Assembly: GCA_028534125.1 (NCBI GenBank)
Contig: CM052839.1
Coordinates: 26,598,001 to 26,662,000, forward strand
DNA length: 64,000 nucleotides
Direction of reading: 5' to 3'
Source: Lama glama
Taxonomy: Eukaryota
Shown here: positions 57,644 through 64,000 of the stretch, piece after piece
How the letters are laid out: every line of letters begins with the position of its first letter
Numbering within the stretch: the first letter of the stretch is position 1
Position numbers and translations under genes: made by a program
Notes under the pieces: model-generated
The model's input: only the letters and a program-made list of their open reading frames with translations
Told to the model about the DNA's origin: nothing
Database searches by the model: none

Positions 57644-58060
57644 GGCACCTGGATACACCTCTGGACTACCCTGATATTGCTTCTCCTCTGCTTGTTCTTG
57701 AAAAGTGCAGGTGCCTCAGGCATGACCATCCCCCTGGATTGTATCATCAGTGGAGTATAAGAACCAGTAAAGCCTCTGCTCCACATTTTGCCCTGGATGT
57801 GTAAAACTCAACCCACCCTATTCCCTTAGCATCCCTCTTTTCCCTTCCCACCCTTTCTTTTTAGTCAGCGTCCTCAGGGTTCAGCCTGGCTAGAGTTGGA
57901 AGCCAGATGTTAACCTTTGGAAGCAGGGTGGTCTCCAGAGCCTCTGCAGAGAAAGGCTGGCGGTAGCTGTGACTCTACCCAGACCCTGCCCCTTCCCCTA
58001 GTCCAATCAGAAAATAAGTCCCTGCTGTCTACTGGGAGAGCAGCTCAGTGCTTTGGAGCA

Positions 58061-58080
58061 GGGCAAGCCGGGGCCTGCCT
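58061..58080. promoter_or_regulatory. p53-family response element upstream of TRAF4
   Basis: GGGCAAGCCG GGGCCTGCCT is two adjacent RRRCWWGYYY-like decamers, about 1 kb upstream of the TRAF4 ATG. TRAF4 is an established p53 target. Confidence 0.65.
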
Positions 58081-58359
58081 GGACTGGCCATTCCGGTGGC
58101 CTAGCCCCTGCATTGGCCTGAGGCAAGGAGGTCTCAGGAGTGCTGCCACCCGCCCCCACTCTTACATCCTGAGGCAGGGATTTGCGCAATTTCTGAGTGC
58201 CTCCCTTCCCTTGCGGGAGTGCATGGGTTGCAGTGGACTGCAGAGGGGATTCCTGCCGTAAGGTTGCCCCTCACCCCACGCCATTCCCCCAAAGCAGGTT
58301 GGGAGAAAGGTTAGCTGGCTGGACCAGACCAGCTTCCCAGATGACTGGAAAGTAGCGCC

Positions 58360-58365
58360 AATAAA
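58360..58365 (+). terminator. NEK8 polyadenylation signal AATAAA
   Basis: First AATAAA after the NEK8 stop codon; it abuts the TRAF4 CpG island. Confidence 0.75.
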
Positions 58366-58429
58366 AATCAGCTGCCTGCCTAGAGTGTGGGTCTCTTCAG
58401 GGGTGGGGGTGGTGGCCACCCCAGGGCTG

Positions 58430-59500
58430 GGTTGGGCTCGATCTGGGCTGCAGGGCCGCGGTCGAGGGAGGAATGTGGGCGCAGCCTTAGGCTGGAGCCC
58501 AGGTTCCCCTGGCCCAGGGCCCAGCTCGGCCTCCCCGCCCAGCTGGGCTCCCCGGATCCGGTTGCCAGGCTTCGGCTGCCTAGCACCTGGAAGCTGGAGC
58601 CCCGGGCCCCTGGGCGACACGTGGCCCCTGAGACTGAGCTATTGACTCCGGAGAAAAGAATCTTTGTAGCTCGGCCCGGCCGGTCCCGTCATGTCCTCCG
58701 AGGCTCTCCGCCTCAGCCAGGGTCAGAGCCTCAGCCCGAGCTCTGGGGAGAAGCAAAGCCTCGATTTTTCTTCCCGAGGGGAAAGAGGAGCCCCTGCTTC
58801 GAGGGGGAGCCGAGCCTGGCGGAGCGCGGACCCCAAAGCCTCCGGCTCCTGGGGCGGGTGGGGAGCCGGGCGCGGCGGGCACTAGGACCGCGCGAGCGCA
58901 GCCCCGCCCCCTCTTCCGGCGGGCGGACTCAAGAACTGGGCGCAGGCCGCGGCCGCCAGTCGGCGCCGCCCGGACCCGGGATCGCGGCCCGAGCGAGGCG
59001 CGGGCTGTGGGGCCGCTGCGCGCCCGGCCCCGCTCGCCCGTGCCCGCCCGCCATGCCCGGCTTCGACTACAAGTTCCTGGAGAAGCCCAAGCGGCGGCTG
59101 CTGTGCCCGCTGTGCGGGAAGCCCATGCGCGAGCCCGTGCAGGTTTCTACCTGCGGCCACCGCTTCTGCGACACCTGCCTGCAAGAGTTCCTCAGGTGCG
59201 GCCCGGGGGGAGCGTGGGACGGCGGGTGGGGGATAGGGCACGCCGCCGCGGGAGGGTCGAGGCCAGAGGCACCACGGCTCTTTGTCTGCGCTGCAGCCCG
59301 GTGATCTCAGGGGCGCCCAGCGTGACGTCACGAGGCGGCGGTGACGTCAGGCCCCCTGAGGGAGGACCCCACGCTCTAATCAGTAGGGTCCCGCGTGCTA
59401 TCGGCGTCCGCCCCAGGTGGGAACAATTCCCTGCCTTCCCGCGGGATCGAGGTGGGAAAGCACGGGTCTTCCTGACCCGTGGCCGGCCCTTCCCCCTCAC
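58430..59500. promoter_or_regulatory. CpG island (TRAF4 promoter and exon 1)
   Basis: Dense CpG; GC boxes at ~58851 and ~58902. Confidence 0.8.
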
Positions 59501-62500
59501 CTGAGAGCCAGAGCGGCCTCAGCCTTGAACTTTGAATTCTTATGGGAAGAGGACAAAATCCTGTTTCGCGCAGCACCTTAAGCCTCCGGAATTTTCAGCT
59601 ACCTAAGCTCTTCTGATTATTCGGAAGTTACGAGAACCGCAGCTATTGTTCTCCCATTTCACAGATGAGAAAACGAGATTCAAATTCAAAAAAGCCTGCG
59701 ACTGGCGTGGGGTCACACGATTACCTAAAGGCTTAACTGGTGTTTAAGCCCAGGCTGCTCGTGGTCGCAGGGTAGAGGGAGGATTGCGAGTCTACAGCTC
59801 TCCCCTGCAGTAGGAACCCTTTGGGTGTCCTTCCCTGCCCCTGGAGGTCTTGAGCGAGCGGTCTAGAAATCGTTAGGGGATCGCACCCTGCGTGCGACTG
59901 AACGCCCCCTGCCCTCTCCCGACCCAGGTCACCCCTTGGTTCTTGGGCAGAGGTTGAGTTCTGGGCGCCTTGCGGTGTCTTGAATCTCCTGCCCACGCTG
60001 GGACCTGCTCAGTCCCGGGTGTGGGGAGGCAGGAAGAGGGAGCCCCGGCTCCTGGGGAGGTCGTGCTCCAAGAGCACCGGGAAGGCTGGGTCAGCCACTG
60101 CCATGTGTCAGGAGGCCGTTTGTGAGGGTTCGCGGGGCGCAGGCAGGGAGAGCACTTTTGGGGCTTCTGCCTTTAGTGCTCCCTCCCGCCGTCACCCGCA
60201 GCCCCGAGCCTGGCGGAAATCTCAGCAGGTCCTTTGTTTTCTGTTCCCCGCAGCCTGGGCCGGTCCTACTCTCACATATGCTCCCGCACAAGCTGCTGTG
60301 CTGCCCCCTCCTCCTTTTCCCTCACCCTCCTCCCTCCTCCCTCCTCCCTCCTCCCTTCTGTGTACACAGACTCCCCTACCGACACACAGTCCCATTGTCT
60401 TCTCCCGTGCCCTTCCCCGGCCCTCTGGTTTCCAGATGAAGCCAGCTGAGCCTGCCCCCCTCCTCAGCTGACCCACTCTGACTGCCTCGGGGAAGGAGCG
60501 GGGGGAGGGGGCTGTCAGCCCCGTTTCCCTCTCCCTCTGCCCCTCTCTGCTGCTTCTGCCCCTCCCCCTCCCGGAAATCCCCTCTTCCTCTCCCACAGCC
60601 CCCTCCCCCCATCCTGTCTTCTCCCCTGGGCCTGGGCCTCCACTGCACCGCCTGGAGCAGTCTCAGGCCCCTGCCTTTCCCCCTCCGCCTAGCACCGGAG
60701 AGCTCTGTTGCTGAGGCCGGGAGGAGGGAAGTAGTGGGACAGGCTCTGTTCCTCACTGCCCCTCCCACTCTTCCACCTAGGGTGCCCATAGCTCTGGGGG
60801 AACCTTTGTCCTGGCTGGGCCCCAAACTGCCCAGGCTAATCTGCCTGAAGCCTGGGGACTTGCCTCAGTCCCTTCCCTGACTCCAGAACCACTAAGTCAG
60901 CACATTCCTGAGGCCGCAAAGCAGACCCCCTCCCTCATGGCCCACCCTCTTTCCCCACTCCTGCCTGGGCCATTACTCAAGTCTGTTCAGAAAGGCTGGT
61001 TGCCTTGTGGGCACGGGCACACCTCCTCACTGCCTGGGCACGTATTTTTCTTGGCAATGGCAGCATGGCCAGTAGTAGTCATGAGGTCGGGAGGAGGTGG
61101 ATGCTAGAAATTCTTTGAGCACCTGAGCCATGGACTGCCCAGGTCCTCCAAAGTGCCGTGGTGGACAGGGCTCCCAGGGAGCCTTTGCTTCCGCCTTGAT
61201 GCTTGCCTGCTTCCTACCTACCTGACTCAGACTTGCCAGAAATGCCCTGCCTGAGGGCCTTCAATCCTGCTGGGTGAGCCCTTGCCCTGCCTGGGCTGTG
61301 CCAGGCATGTGTGACTGGTCCTGGCTAAGGTCAGCAAGGCCATGTTGGCGGAAGGAGGCGTCCCAGAGGTTCCTTGAGTGCTAACAACCTGGTGAGGGAT
61401 TGGTGGAGGAGAGGAAGGGCAGTGGACAGGGTCAGCAGGCTTCACATGCCTGCCGTGCAGTGACCAGAGCCTTGGTATGCTTGTCTGGACAGTTTTTCTT
61501 GCACTAGCATTTCTTCTGTATGCAGGGTAGTAGAACTGATCTGAGCTGTGGAATCAGATATATATAGGTGCTGCTTCATCCGTGAGCCTCAGTTCTTTGA
61601 TCTGCAAAATGGGGACATTGAGCCCCTTTTCAGAGGCAGGTGATGAGAACTGGGTGGGAACATAAACAGTACCTTTCCTCCTCTTTGCTTTAGGAGACAC
61701 ACCCTCATAGGAAGAGGGAAGGGATTGGATAGGGTGGCTCCAAGCTGACCTTTGCCCTGGGTTCTTTGCTGGGCACCCGCATGGGGCTGGGCAGCCCTGG
61801 CACTTAATCTCAGTTCATCCCTGATCACCCCCCCCAAATCAACTTTCAGCCTGACCAATGAAAACTAACCCGGGGGAGGGGTTGGCTGGGCAGCCTGTTC
61901 CTTTCCTAGTCCAGCTGCCACCCTGGGAGGAGGGGTGCCAGCTGCCACCTGTTGGCCAAATGCTGTCTAAGGCAGCTGCCTTGGCCTCCAGAACCACCCC
62001 TCCCCAGGATAAGACCTGGGATCTTCTAGGGTCCTGGAGAAGTGGGTACCCTCAGGCCTCTGCTTACCCTCTCAGGTGGGGCTGTCTGGGAACTGGTCTG
62101 GTGAGGGAAGGAGGCTGGTCTGGTGAGGGAAGGAGGCTGCCCTGGTTGAGAGAGTCAGGCCTGGGGCTCTCCCTTCCCATGGTGTGGAGCCTTGACCCTG
62201 TCTCTCCCCCCCAACCCCCTGCAGTGAAGGAGTCTTCAAGTGCCCTGAGGACCAACTTCCTCTGGACTATGCCAAGGTGAGTCCACAGTGCCAGGTACAG
62301 GCTCTCGCCCTTGGTGGAGGCTGCAGCTGCTGGCAGTCACTGGGCTCAGGGCCAGTGTCAACCCAGTGCTGTGGAATAGTGTGCCCCCACAAAGGTGGCC
62401 TGTTCCCTCCCACCAGTACAGTTTGCAAATGAGGCCCGTGTTTGCCCTGGAGGGCAGGCACAATGCCCAGCCTGTGGGGGTGCACAGAGCTGCTCTGTGC

Positions 62501-64000
62501 CCACAAGAAGTGTTCCCCTCCTCTTTGGGTGGCTGGCCAGACCTGTGGCTGAGGGCCAGGACCCCTCTCCCAGGGAGAAGGAAGCAGAGGGTGTGGGGGC
62601 TGCCTGAGACTAAGCAGGCTGATTGGCTGCCACTCCAAAGGGAGTGTCATGTGCCAGCATGTTGGAGGACCTTGGAATCTAGTGTTGGAGCAGATACTAC
62701 CAGCTGTACCCTTTGTTCCTGGGCATAGAGAGGCATTTAGCCCAAGAGAGGCTGTTACTGGCTCTAAGGTAGAGCTACCCTGTCTGGGGGTGGAGGAGGT
62801 GGGAACCAGGGACTGTAGCGGGCTCTGACCCTGACCAGTCCTTTCTTGACCACAGATCTACCCAGACCCAGAGCTAGAGGTCCAGGTACTGGGCCTGCCT
62901 ATCCGCTGCATCCACAGTGAGGAGGGCTGCCGCTGGAGTGGGCCCCTTCGGCACCTACAGGTGAGGCTCTGATGGGGGTGGGCAGGGGGCACTTCCCTCT
63001 CTTGGTAGGCATTAACTGCCATCTCTCCCTCCAGGGCCACCTGAATACCTGCAGCTTCAATGTGGTCCCCTGCCCCAACCGCTGCCCTGCCAAGCTGAGC
63101 CGCCGGGATCTGCCTGCACACCTGCAGCACGACTGCCCCAAGCGGCGCCTCAAGTGCGAGTTTTGTGGCTGTGACTTCAGTGGGGAGGCCTTTGAGGTGG
63201 GTGGGGCCTGGCTGACAGTAGAGGGAGAGTGGGGCACCTGGTGGCCCACGGATCCCTAAACTCAGCCCGTCTGGCATTTCCACAGAGCCACGAGGGCGTG
63301 TGCCCCCAAGAGAGTGTGTACTGTGAGAACAAGTGTGGTGCCCGCATGATGCGGCGGCTGCTGGCTCAGCATGCCACTTCTGAGTGCCCCAAGCGCACCC
63401 AGCCTTGCGCCTACTGCACCAAGGAGTTCGTCTTTGACACCATCCAGGTGAGGCCCTTCCTGAGCTGGGGGCGATGGGGCAGGTAGCAGGGAGTTGGGCT
63501 GCTAACTGCTTCTCTCTGCCCTGCCACCCCAGAGCCACCAGTACCAGTGCCCCAGGCTGCCTGTGCCCTGTCCCAACCAGTGTGGCGTGGGCACCATCGC
63601 TCGGGAGGACCTGCCGGGCCATCTTAAGGACAGCTGTAGCACTGCCCTGGTGCTGTGCCCATTCAAGGACTCTGGCTGCAAGCACAGGGTGAGATGCCCC
63701 TCTTCCTGTCAGCTCCCTTCTTGGTCCTTGAAGCCTCGGACAGAGGCCCTTAATGGTCCCTTCTCTGCTGATCTGAAGCCTTCAGTCCTTCCCCTTTCTG
63801 GCCAGCTCCAGCCTCCTCCTAGTGCCATCTATCTTCCTCATGCAGAGCTGGGTGCTGGCCACCCTGTACCCACTCCTCTCCTGTCCTCTGGACTTGCCCC
63901 TACTGATAGCTCTCCTCCCTTCCCCCATGGCCTGGGGCTTTGCCAACAGTGCCCTAAGCTGGCAATGGCGCGGCACGTGGAGGAGAGCGTGAAGCCACAT
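59053..64000 (+). CDS. TRAF4: TNF receptor-associated factor 4 (5' partial; last exon continues past the window)
   Basis: Exons 59053-59195 (MPGFDYKFLEKPKRRLLCPLC...CGHRFC..C, RING), 62225-62276, 62856-62960, 63035-63196, 63286-63447, 63533-63688, 63950->64000. TRAF-type zinc fingers are visible. Confidence 0.97.
59321..59349. promoter_or_regulatory. Two perfect CRE palindromes in TRAF4 intron 1
   Basis: TGACGTCA at 59323-59330 and at 59342-59349. Confidence 0.65.

Noticed and set aside
58387-59052. Long in-frame open stretch upstream of the TRAF4 ATG (305-aa ORF)
   Set aside because: It starts at GTG in a stop-poor GC-rich island. The true ATG has a good GCCATG context and matches the known N-terminus.
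62858-63685. 275-aa minus-strand ORF over TRAF4 exons 3-6
   Set aside because: Antisense shadow in GC-rich sequence with no independent signals.

Overview
Mammalian genomic DNA, the gene-dense block orthologous to human 17q11.2: SUPT6H (+, 36 coding exons, 1726 aa; exon 1 lies upstream of the window), PROCA1 (-), RAB34 with its alternative-frame partner NARR (-), RPL23A (+, hosting four C/D snoRNA loci SNORD42B/4A/42A/4B), TLCD1 (-), NEK8 (+) and the 5' part of TRAF4 (+, runs off the right end). A tRNA-Ala-derived SINE at 50774-50914 suggests a camelid genome (inference). I traced the exons by hand, and the summed CDS lengths match the orthologue sizes I recall. Top finding: PROCA1 intron 2 contains a frameshifted relic exon (29569-29703, -). 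It encodes a signal peptide, an SKR propeptide site and a group III secreted phospholipase A2 N-terminus (YPGTLxxGVGD), and its phase-1 donor splices in frame onto the PLA2-like PROCA1 exon 3. This suggests PROCA1 is a former secreted PLA2 re-headed with new first exons. Other findings: a SNORD4B copy with a broken box C and missing box D, a TSD-flanked tRNA-Leu(CAG) retrocopy, three reading frames over one RAB34 exon segment, two GC-AG introns, a three-layer nested transposon stack, a ~90-bp orphan poly(A) retrocopy, and a p53-type element in the NEK8 3'UTR upstream of TRAF4. Comparisons to human, mouse and bee sequences are from memory and need database confirmation.
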